Shown piece after piece: positions 14,706-26,700 of a DNA stretch of 64,000 nt. The stretch is from Tubiluchus corallicola (taxonomy: Eukaryota; Animalia; Priapulida). The notes below the pieces were generated by a model, which searched no databases, was not told where the DNA came from, and saw only the letters and a list, made by a program, of their open reading frames with translations. The stretch spans positions 1-64,000 of the forward strand of contig JAQGDQ010000700.1 of assembly GCA_030141605.1 (NCBI GenBank), written 5' to 3'. Each line of letters opens with the position of its first letter. The first letter of the stretch is position 1. A program made the position numbers and the translations under genes.

Positions 14706-17700
14706 TTGCTGTTGCTGTTGTTGTTGTTGTTGTTACTACCACCACCACCACCACCATTATACTTTAATGCAATGAATCGTTAATTTATACATCTTGTTTG
14801 TGATTTTTGTTTTACTATAAAATGGAAAAAAGTGTGGATGACATAATGCTACATTCCAAGCAAATTACAAAAGTTAAAGATTGATCGAAATTTATGGCTT
14901 TGTTTCACAGTAAATCACCCCTAAGTAATTCTCCAAGTAATTTGCTATGTTATTAACAAAGTATTTACTGGGATATACAAGAGCCTACATACTTGCCAGC
15001 CCCAGTTGTCATATTAGTAGACGAGTAGTACTATCTGTAGTAGCTTGAGTCAGAGTGATTAGCAGCAACAGATGTAGGTGGTGCCTTTCGTAATCACTAA
15101 CTCCGTATGCACTGACACAACTAAACACCTACCATCAAATAAAGGGCCAGTAGCCGCTTAAATACTAGTGTATTTTATGCACTTGAAAATTTTTGCTTCA
15201 GGCCTTCCTCACAAGCTTCTCCTGCTAGTATTAATTTTACGGTTTGCAATATCTTGTGTTTACTCAGACTCACTGTTTCATTATTGGTTTATTTATTTTT
15301 TATTTATTTTTTGATTGTTTTTAACATTCTTTCACTTGCTTCTTTATTCATTCAATCATTAATTTTCTTACTTCGTAGCTTTCTTTAATGCAGAAGAATA
15401 ATAATAGTAGAATTTCCATTTTTCAATTAATATTCAGAAAAAACAACTTTTTATTTAATACTGGTGATGAGTTTACCTTATTTTTTACAACTTTACAAGA
15501 TCAGTTTATTATCGATTCTTCTAACTAAAATTTTAATTTCTGCTGGCCATTCATGTTTATAAAAATAACCATTCATTATAAAATAGAGTTGCCGCTTTAG
15601 TCAGTTGTAGCGAAAACTCTCTAATGCTTCAACTGAGTTCTGTGTAGCATTTGCAAGCATTTGTAAACAAGTGTACACTGAACATTTTTTACATTGTTTG
15701 CAGAACTTCAAGACCCTTATGCTATAGCCGTTCTGCTAAATTCCGACTTGGTAGTCTTAGATCTGACCAGCTCCGGGTAAGTTGTGTGTACATTAATCTT
15801 CTAAGTGCCGTTATTATTACCCGAATGCATTAACAGTTGTGACTTAAGATATATGTGAAGTACACTCAGGTGTATGCAAACCTTTTCTTTGTCTTTATGG
15901 TATACAAACAATACGTAGTTTGAGGACAATAGTGGTGATAATCTTAAGGGATCGTAAATGCACTTTTCTCCAAATAAAAGCATTAATTATTTTCCTATAC
16001 ACCACTAGAGATCCCAAATTATCTAAGTGATTGCTAATAAAGTTTTGTATGATGCTGATTATCGTATTGGAGGCTAAAAAGTATAGTATTTTTGGCCAAA
16101 GCAGCCTATTGACGAGTAGTGTTCCCACTTATACTATAATTATCTGAACATTCATGTGGTACAAAAGAGACTATATAATAATCGATAAATTCTGCGATAA
16201 TTTAGTAATGGGGGAAGCAAAAACTAAAAAAGGGGAGAACATATATCAGTTGTAAAACTCTGTTTCAAACCTAGCATGTGTTACATCTTCAATAAATTGG
16301 TTTAAACCAAAAACTAAAAAACAAAGCGTGAAAAATGTGTATTGAAAAATTTTAAAACATTACTGCTAAATAATAGGGAATAAACAAACTTTCATTTCTA
16401 CTGATTTTAAATATTCCCTGTTTTAGCTTTAAACATTCACGTAGCTTTTAAAAAATTCCTTCTTTCCTAGTGACGACTGTTTTGCTCATGAGGTAAGGCA
16501 GAAACAATTTTTGGTGTCGTTTAATATTGTTTATCATTATATGTGGCCTTATATCGTTTAATATATTCACTGATTAATGAGTCATGTGTATTCCAAATTG
16601 TAGGTACCCATGTTTTGAGAACCCTTATCCCATGGATGTCCATGAATCTCCAGTATCGTGTGTATCTTATATGGCTGATTGTCCGACTGATCTCATTCCT
16701 GCATTGTTCTCTGTTGGCACGAGACAGAAGCGCTCGGGGTTTAGCGACAAGGTACACAAGTTCTTGGCAGCTACTCATTCAAGCTTGTAAAATGTAAATT
16801 TGTTTCGAAAATAGCATCAATTTTCATTTTTGCGCATTTTTAAAACACCACGGCAATAAACGTAGTTCATGATATAACATTTTTGAACTTCTGAGAAAAT
16901 TACAAAGATTAATTTTGAAGATTTCTCACATTGACTGTCTATAACTCGAATATTGTGATTAGAATCTTCTTGTTTTCTAAATGAATGATGTTGAACTTTT
17001 GTGAATGATTTTCAGGAATGGCCTATTACTGGAGGTGAATGGGGATCTGCTTCCTGTAGTTATCCGGAGTTATTAATCACTGGACATGCAGATGGTTCTG
17101 TCAAGTTCTGGGATGCCTCGTCAGGTAACTAAATTAATAATTGGTAATTCTTAACACTAATTAATAAGTTACAGTAAAAAAACATATTAACAATGAACTA
17201 GCACTTTACAGCTTTATGGTTTATAAAATTCAGGATAGTATACAAGCTCAACGAAGTTAAATATAAAGTGTGCATTATTTATCATTTTAAAAAATGCCAC
17301 CATGTAGATACCAATCGTAGCAAAAAACAAGATTTTGTGAATTGAAAACGATTGCATATCAAGCCACATTGCTTGTCATTTTTAGGTAGCTCCATTACAG
17401 CAGGACATTAAATGTGATTAGTTATTAATATTCCTACTTTGAAGATTATTCGTTAATAATGGAAAGAACCCACAATTATTGATTTTTTGTATCCTAAGAT
17501 CATAGCATATGACTTGTCATCTTAGGTCTCTGGTTCAAATCCAGGCTTAGTCGTACTTTTCCTTTATATTTGTCACGTTTGTTCTAGTAAATTTCCAGAG
17601 AGCGTTGGCCTTTCCTTTAAAGAAAAGGACATGTCGCTTAGCATATTAGGTTTATTTTATCTTTATCACTTAAACTTAGAAAAATATAGCTAAGAAATTT

Positions 17701-20700
17701 GCAAAAAAACTGTCTATGAAGCATTAAGTTAACTTAAGTACTGCTGTATATAAATTTTCATTTGTGGTGGTACTGCTATTGACTTGAAAATTATGACATG
17801 CATAGTGGGTTTCGTGTAACTGCGCATTGGTTAAACTATTTCAAACTTCTGTGACTTGCTTAATGTTCGCACAAAAATACCACGAAATTAGCTTGTTCTT
17901 TGTAGAAACTTGTTATACTTTTGACGGAAATTGATAGTTGGCTGCTTTTCTTCAGTTGACGAACGACGTCATTGGTGGAAGAAGTTCAAAATGGGAGCGC
18001 CCAGGCGTGAAATGATTGGGACTTTAAAGTGATTTTACTAATTGCGCTTAGCGCTTAGCACAGTCTTATTACAAAACCTTTCTAACAAATTTTGCGAACA
18101 TTGAACGTTGGAAATGCAAATACAATCATAGGAACAATGAGAACAGTAGAAAATCTCAAAATAGTCAACTTCATAGTACATTGTTACCGTTGTAATACAA
18201 ATCTTACTTCTCTTTCTAGTCATGTTACAAGTTTTGTACAAACTGAAGACATCCCGATTGTTTGATCTCGTTAGTCGCTCGACGGAAGACGAGGATCCGT
18301 TCGCGATTGAGAAGCTTTACCTGTGTCCGGGGAGTCAGTTGCTATGCGTCGCAGGTGTCAGCGGCCAGGTGATTTTGTTCACCTTCAACAAACAAGAATC
18401 TACAGCAGAAATACCTGTAAGCAACACCTGTAATCAAGCTCGTAATAATGTACCTAGCTTATCCACAATTTATTAATCAGTTTAATTGCATGAATATATA
18501 GCAAGTCTTAAATTGTTCAGATAAGAAAGATGTTCATATTTTTTTCTGTTGATGTTTTGAAGTGAAGGGAGTAATTTTGCTGCTTTTTTATTTTTCACTG
18601 TTTTCAGGATAGTTAGTTTACAAGCATTATTTCCTAATGAGAAAAAACAAATTCAAAAGAACAAATTTGTGCTGGACTAGGTTTTGAACTTAAGGCTGGA
18701 TATGGCTTTTTCAGTGTCGCATTGTTCATGTGATCATGTTAATTATCATTTTTGAGAGATTCATTGTATCTTTATTAGTTAAAAATGTTTTAACAAACAA
18801 ATTAAAATTATATATTAATTGCAGCTGCTTTTGCATTAATAATAAAAAATTTTCTTTTTTGTTTCTTTTTTATTGTTCTTTTTTACTCTTTTTTTGTCGC
18901 TTTTACAATTATGTTGCATTTTTTGCAGACTAGTTATTTTCAGAAACTTTCAGTGCACATTCTAAAGAAACATCATTTCAGTTTGACCAACTTAAATGAT
19001 GCATGCGAACTTTTGTTTTCACATTTAGTCTTACTTTTATGGAAAAATTTCAAAATTGTCGTTATTAAATGAGTTCTTTACTTGCTCTTGTCTGACTACA
19101 GAAAAAACAACTATTCAAAGATGAACCAGGATGAAGATAATTAATGTAATCTTGTGATTTTTACATTTTGTTTAGGCACAAGAAAACCCTTTACTTACAT
19201 ATAGCTAAAAATTCATCTTGAAATTTTGTATCACATGTTTACTGCCTTATTGTGCAAAGAGCTTGTGTTAGTAGTAACACTGTATAAAACTTGAAAATTT
19301 TAACTCTAGTGATGACCATTAGATGCAACTAGTTTAACAGTTGAAACATGTTTAGATAACATTGCGTAAAATTTAAAAAAAGAACCAGAGCATTCGTAGG
19401 GCACTAACTAACTAACTAACTAAGCAAAAGTATGAATTACAGTATTTTGTCAATAAGATTAAAAATACAATTTTTGGTTGAGTCAGTGATGTACATTGGG
19501 AGATGAGTCAGTGGTGCACACTTGGAAGGTGAGTCAGTGGTGCACACTGGGAAGGTGAGTCAGTGGTGCACACTGGGAATCTCATTAAGTGACATTTCAC
19601 CAGGTGGCGTGAACATTTTAAAAATTAAGAATTTTCTTTTCTGGTTACATAAGTCTTTCAAATTGGCAAAAATAAAGCTAATGTAATGTGTGGAAAGTTT
19701 TTTGGTTATGATATGCTTTAAGGTAGCCTTTTCTTCCACGTTAACATTCATTATTTCTTTTCCAGTGCTTAGAGTTTTCAATAGTTTACGAGGTAAACGA
19801 TGAGTCCGATGCTTTGGACGTGGATTACCTGTCCAATAAAACACCGTCTCTTCAGAACACAAGTGCGCAAGGTGGCTCAGCACAATCTGCTAACAGCAGT
19901 GCGGATGAGACGCAACAGGTAAGTTTTTCTTGCTTGTTGTAAATACAACTGTTTGAAGTTTGGAGTGAGGATGCTTAAAATGTACTCTAGGATTTAATAT
20001 AGTGATGATGCATATTGAGCCGCACTATTTACATATTTATATACAAAAGACTGTGCACATGAAATCAACACACTAAAATATTTACTGTTTACTACAATAT
20101 AAACTCATTAAAACGACTCAGTAAATTATGCCACTTTTTTAAAAAAAAGAGATTTATAGAACCTGTTACTCTTTGTTGCAAACAATATATTTTGATTTTC
20201 AAACAATAAAGGGCGCCGGATACTCACCTCAGGATCGATTAACTTAGGTCACTAAGCACACGCTGTGCGAACGATATTAAATTTACGTCTTGTTTCGCTT
20301 CATAAATTACCCTGTTTGAAATTTTTTTGGGGGGGGGGGGAATTGGTTAGGCTGTGAATTTTTTAGAAAGCTCACGCTAACTACTCATGATTATTAGGCT
20401 GAGGCAATTCGAACATTAGTAAAAATCAAAACAGGACCGCAGAAACGGTTGCCAGGTTACCATGCGGAGCTAGTCTGCCTCTTGCAGCATCACAATGGAG
20501 AGCCTCCACCCGTCGTTACCAGTCTGACTCTGAACTCTTCCTATGGCGTGTAAGCAAACTTGAAAAACACTTTTATCTAGTCGAGATTTTCTAATTACAG
20601 TAGGCGCCATTTAATAGACTCACTGTTAATAGACTCAATCTTTTAACTGACTCAGAAACCCCTGTTATGGGCCGCTTCTATTCAAATGTACACAAAAACT

Positions 20701-23700
20701 GTTGGTAATTGACTCACATAACCCCACATAATTGACTCAATGTTTTTGCTTCACATGCTTCAATAAGACACTTTTGTGTGACTAATAAGCTTTTATGACT
20801 TTTATATCATCTTAGTCTGCCTTTATCTGCTTTGTTTGGGTTTTGTTTGTAAGCAGGAATGTTTATCATAAGCTAATATGCTAGCCTTAATGGTTTGCTT
20901 TGACCAGCCTGTCCACTGCAATTAACCTAGTTACCCAAGAATTCTTGGAACCTAAATATTCAATCACTTGCTTAGCAGTTTGGTTTTGAAGAGCAGAAAG
21001 TGTCTTTGCCAGAAAGTTTAATCAGTTAGTTTTTCTAATTTTTAACTGCACAAACTTCGTTTCTAAAGTTCTTTAAAAACCTTTGCAGTGCATACTAAGC
21101 TGATGACTTAACTTCTATACCATCGGTTAACAGGTTCAGTCGGTTAATTGTGTCAAAACACTTCGGTCCCAAAGTGAGTCTATTAAGAGGCGCATACTGT
21201 AAGTACTTATGTTATAGTTTACGTGTTCATTTTTCTGTTTTGCATTTAACACTTGATTTTATTGATTATTTTTCTTTTAGGCTGGCATTTGGCAATGACT
21301 GCGGTCTGGCAATCGTCGACTACATTCAGAAAACGGTCTTGCTCAAAATGGGGACGCCGGATTTATACGGTGATTGTTATAAAAGATTGTTTATTCGATA
21401 CCATATTTTGCATTTTCTAAATTGTAGTCAGGAACTACAAATAACCCAGTGATGCAACCCTGTTTCTGATGCGTAAATTTTTGTTGATTTGGCAGTTGTT
21501 TATGCACTTCAGCCATTTTTGTTCCGACAGTAAGCACAGGCTGTAGACGTAGGCATAGCTTTATATGTATTTGTGCTATATTGACCTGTATTGTTATCCC
21601 TGTGAAAGTTGTCCCATACTGTCAATAGTCAGCATCAGACACTATGCTCACAAAATCTGTGGTAGACGAAAAAGATTGTCGTTATACTTACATGATTTCA
21701 AAGATATCCCATATTGCCAACATTCAACATTAACCTTTGTGTTCACTATCAGGAATGAGGGATTTGAAGAAATGTTCACACAAAGTCTGCACAATGTTCA
21801 CAAAAAAGATTGTAGGCATTGATATGTACATATAGCATTTCAAAGTTATCCAATGTTGCCAACATTTGGCATTAACCTTTGTGTTCACTATGAGGAATGA
21901 AGGATTAAAAGAAGTCTTCATAAAGTCTCCACATTGTTCACAAAAAAGATTGTAGGCTTTGATATGTACATGCAGCATTTTAAAGTTATCCCATATTGCC
22001 AACATTTTTCTTTTTTCTTTTTGTAGGATCTGGAGATCCCTATCAGAGGGCTTTGAAGTTGGGTAAACGAACCGCAAACCAGCAACACCTAGGTGTCAGC
22101 ACTGATGTAACGTGCGATCAGGAGAGCAATCGATGCAGGTCACCTATTATTGATCAGGTAGTAATTAGTCCAATCCGATTAATCAGTTTATCAGCATCAT
22201 CAGTATGCTAATATTTATAAATTTCTTTTTCATAGCATTGAATATGTAACTGTATTAAACCAAAAACAATACCTGTTAGTCCAGTAAGTTGAAGGGTCTA
22301 AAAAAAGTTAGAGACGTGATGATTTTATTCCCACCGTGATTTCTTATTGTTGACTTTGAGCAAAGCTGCAAGCTAATGTCGCTTTCTCAGTGTTATGCTG
22401 AATGACTGTGTAATGTGTATATGCACGTTTTAGGGACATAGCTCTGTAGTAGTAGTAGTAAAAAAATTTATTTATTATCGAATATTTCTAAGATGACATT
22501 AGCCAAAGGCTATGTTCCGGTAGAAGAAATAAAACGAAATAAAACTCTACAATGCACATAAAAGTATGAGCAGAGTACAAAATTGGCTAGGACACGTACT
22601 ATGCATAGCTGCCATCTATGGGCAGTGGCACACATTTTGGTAGAAATGGTGAAATACAAGTGATATTGTGTTTAGCATGGGTGCGTCAGAGATGCATAAC
22701 AAGTTGATCGAATCACAAATGGTTTAGATGACATTTTATAGAATAATTTTAAATGTAAAATATTTTAACATGAGGGTTTACAAGGAAATTGATCAATTAA
22801 GAAGCAATATATTGTTTTACAGAGTAGTCATAGTGTTGACCATTTTAGCAAAGTTTTATACTATTAAGGTCTTAGTGATGTATGCTTCCTAAGGAACTAA
22901 GATCATCGTATTTGATGGAATGAAGTCAGTGAACATATCACCTGGTTTATAAATTAATCTACATTTTTATCTTTCAGCAATTTTTTTTCTACCTGAAGGG
23001 CAGAGTATTTGATTTTTTTTGAAGATTTTTCTTCATATTAATTTTGACATTTCTTTGTGAGAAATTGTTCCATTTATCAGCCAGCTTTGGCTTTCTTTAA
23101 TTTGGATAGAAATTTAATCCAAAAACTTGCAAAACAGCCTTGCAGCTTGTTTAAGTGTTGGGAGTGTCAGTACTTAAACAGACTGACACAGTAGTGCTCA
23201 GAAAATTGTTCGTTGGCAATTTCTCCATTCGAGCCATACTATGTTTACAAGTTCTATGAAAATAACAAGTTTCATTACTTGTTGTTTTGATCGACTTTTG
23301 TTTGAATAAAACACGTGCATAAAAATGTTTCATACTTTTCTGTAATTGTAGATTCATACTGCTACAAAGTTTAGCTGTTGGAGTATTTGAAATTTAAATC
23401 AAAATATAATTTATTCTGCGACTGCAGTTTCGATTTAAAACTGTAAACATGGAGAAGTTTTTGGACTGTGGTTCTGTTGGTGCGGTTTATTTGTTTTAAA
23501 GTGTTTTATTTCACTTACTAGTTTGAGGAACAATAACTGTTAATTTCTTCGAAAGTGAGAGCGAGATATGCAATATGTGTTAAGGCACATTGAGTGTCCG
23601 CTTGTAGGAAATATTGTGTGTGCGTGTGTGTATGCGTGCGTGCTGTGTGTGCGCGTGCGTGTATGTGTTTTTTCGCATTATCCTATGCAAATTTTCTATG

Positions 23701-26700
23701 TGTTTGCACTAACGGTAATTTCCTTATTGTGTTTGCTTCAGTACTAGCCCAGAAGGATGGACCTAGGATGGACCTGAGCTTTTTTTACAAGCCAGAAAAA
23801 ACTTTTGCTCAAACTGACTCATAGCCCTTCAACCTAATAGAGGCATTTGTCAAACAGACCTACATCATTGCATTGTGTAACCTAGTTTCTCCTCTTTCCT
23901 TAGAGTTGTAAATTTCCTTCCTAATTCCTAGGATGCGTGTTGCTGAACCGTGCTCCAGCAATAAGCAAAAGTCCATTTTTGGATCTTTTTCATCTGCCAA
24001 CTTCCATTCATAGAGGAATATTATATAGAAAGCACCATAGCAGTGTTACAAATGCCTGTACCTGGATGAGGAACTACAGCTTAATTTGGGGGATTGTTTT
24101 TTCTGGATCACCCTGTATATTCACTGTTGTTGTTATTATTTAGTTGCTGTTTATTTCTGTTTATTTCAGTCGCAAAAAGTCAAGGAATCCATAACCGCAG
24201 ATCACAATGCCAATGTTACTACTAGCAGTACTAAATCTCTTGATGTGGTCGAATTCAAGAAACCGATGGCTCCACCGCGCAAAAAACGATCAAAACCCAA
24301 GTCTAGCGTCTGTGACACTGAGAGCGACGGAGGTTTGTCCGATGGCGCGCCGTCCGATGCCAATCTTAACCTATCTGTATTTAGTCCACCAGAACCGGCA
24401 TCAGAACAGAGTTTACAACCAGTCTTGGTTTTGAAAAAGGAGAAGAGTCTGAAGGTTAGCTTCCGTAATAAGTTCATGAAGTCGAAGAGTACTGGACACA
24501 TCAGTCCTGGTGTGCGACAGTCGAGCACTGTACAAAAATCAAAGAGTACTGCTACGCCGGAGTCGGTGTTCTACACCACACCTCCAAAGGAACCGGTGGA
24601 TGTAGAAACACTCAAACTTCGTGAAGAATTGGATGCCATAGCTGCCGATGATTCTGTAGATGCACCACGCCCACGTCGACCTCAGAGCTTGGGCGAGGAA
24701 GTTCACGAATCCTCATGCCACAACTTGCCAAGGACGCCGCATTCCGCACAACCCGATCTATCGCACCACTCTACGCCATCGTTCTTAACCGTGGAGCCAA
24801 CCCTTCAGAAATTGTCCACTTCAGAAGACGACCTTTCAAAAACCAAAGAGGACAAGTCTACCTCCAAGCCCAAGGGTCTTCGAGTTTCCAGGCCCAGCTG
24901 GTACCGGCAACGGTCGCATCCCGCCATTCATTTGTCTGACGCCTGCGACGGTTCGACGCACAAAACTGCTGCTAGTAGTAAGGTTGAGCGGTTGATCCAA
25001 GATCTGCGATTTGAGGATGAGATCTCTTCGACTGCCCCGACATTTGTGCAGGCTACGCAACGTGCGTACTACCGTATGGGTGGTAGGTTTACTGCTTAGC
25101 ATACTCAAGCCTACTGCAGCATGCTTCTGTATGTCTCTCAGCTCACTTTTAATGAACTAACTCTATTTGCTCTTACAGGTGTGAGTCTCCTACTAATGTT
25201 CTTTGTCAGCAGCATTGTAGAGCGGGTGCATCAGTGTTTCTGCTAGTAACCATAATTAAAATGCCTCTAACACTGCACTTTTTGAGGTTCACACTTTATT
25301 AAACAAGAATGGGCTCGTTTTTTTACTATTTATCTAATTTAGTCTGTAAATAAGCAGTTGAAAATGAAAAAAGTAAAACTTTGTTCACTTTGTTGTGCAC
25401 ATTCAGATCCTAAGCCGTATATACACACTATTTTATTGATTTTTTAGTAGTTTTTATGTTTTCTTTGCTTGGGTCATTAATCACTGAGAATAGTGGTCAG
25501 TATCCATTGCTCCCATTTTTAATTATGGTTAAATACAAGCCTGCTATTATAGTGTGCTTGCTGACTGTACTAACTCATTGACTATTCTTTGTACTAGTAA
25601 CACTGGTGTGTCAAAAAGTGCTTACAAATCCTCATACTGTACATAATGGTACTAGTAAGATTAGTATAACCCATAGCTTTATATATCACAGAGCGACACC
25701 ACGTCCATACCAAGCCCTACAGCCGCTAGTCGAGCTTCGCAAAAGCGCCTGCTGATGCAGCGTAGTCGGTCTCAGGGTGGCACGTCTCACAGAATTTCCA
25801 AGAGTCACAGTGTGACGCCAGACGAAGAAAACGAAGGTTCATTAGCTGTTGTTTATGCAGTAACATCATTGTTGTTTGTCATTGTTGTTGTGGTTTTTTC
25901 GCTCCAGGGGTCGCTCTCGTTCCGAGGACTTAGTTGTTGATCGTTTGCAACTGCCATCGCGGCCGCTTTTATCGTGTCGCACTTTGGGGTCCGTTGTAAC
26001 GAGGGCGACTCGCGGAATCATCCCCTTTTTATCCCTGTTTGCTTTAATTGTCCCGTCATTTTGTTTGCGTTATACAGCTGGACTTTCTCTCCAAGAAGGA
26101 TGGTAAAGAAGGTAAATTGGCATGAGTGCTGTACGTTTGCTTGCAAGTGTTCTAGGCTTTCTTCTCCTGTTTTTGTTTGAATAAAATGTCAAGTGCTAGA
26201 CCAGTTGGACTGAATCACGTGATGGTCACGGTCGTTTACACGTGCTTTGCGTGAAGCCACTTTGATTTTGCAGCCAAGTTTTGCCTGGCTTCATCTATTG
26301 CTGAGCAGTAATTTTGGCACCAGAGTTCATTTGCATGTTTTTTTACCTTCACAATGGCTTCCCTAAATAATTAATACAGATTCATGATGTAATGAACCTG
26401 CAGATTATTTTTTTAGATTTTTAAACCAAAGTAAACTAAAAGAAAACATTAAAGTGAAAAAATCAGATTGATCTTGGATTTGAACCAGTAGATTGCACAG
26501 CCTCTCATATGGCTGGTCGTCATAGTCTGGGTTTATTGTCAATGAGCCCGTGTTCAAATCCAGACACACTTCCAACTTTGTAATACTTTTTCTATCCACT
26601 TTATTTTCAAAAAATTAATGATAAATGTAGTTTTGTTTCGTGGTTCATTGATAATCTTGAAATTGAGATTATAAATAATTAATTAATAATTGCATTGCAA

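Noticed and set aside
24202-25108. Antisense and alternative-frame ORFs over the large tomosyn exon
   Set aside because: Shadow ORFs of a GC-richer coding exon.
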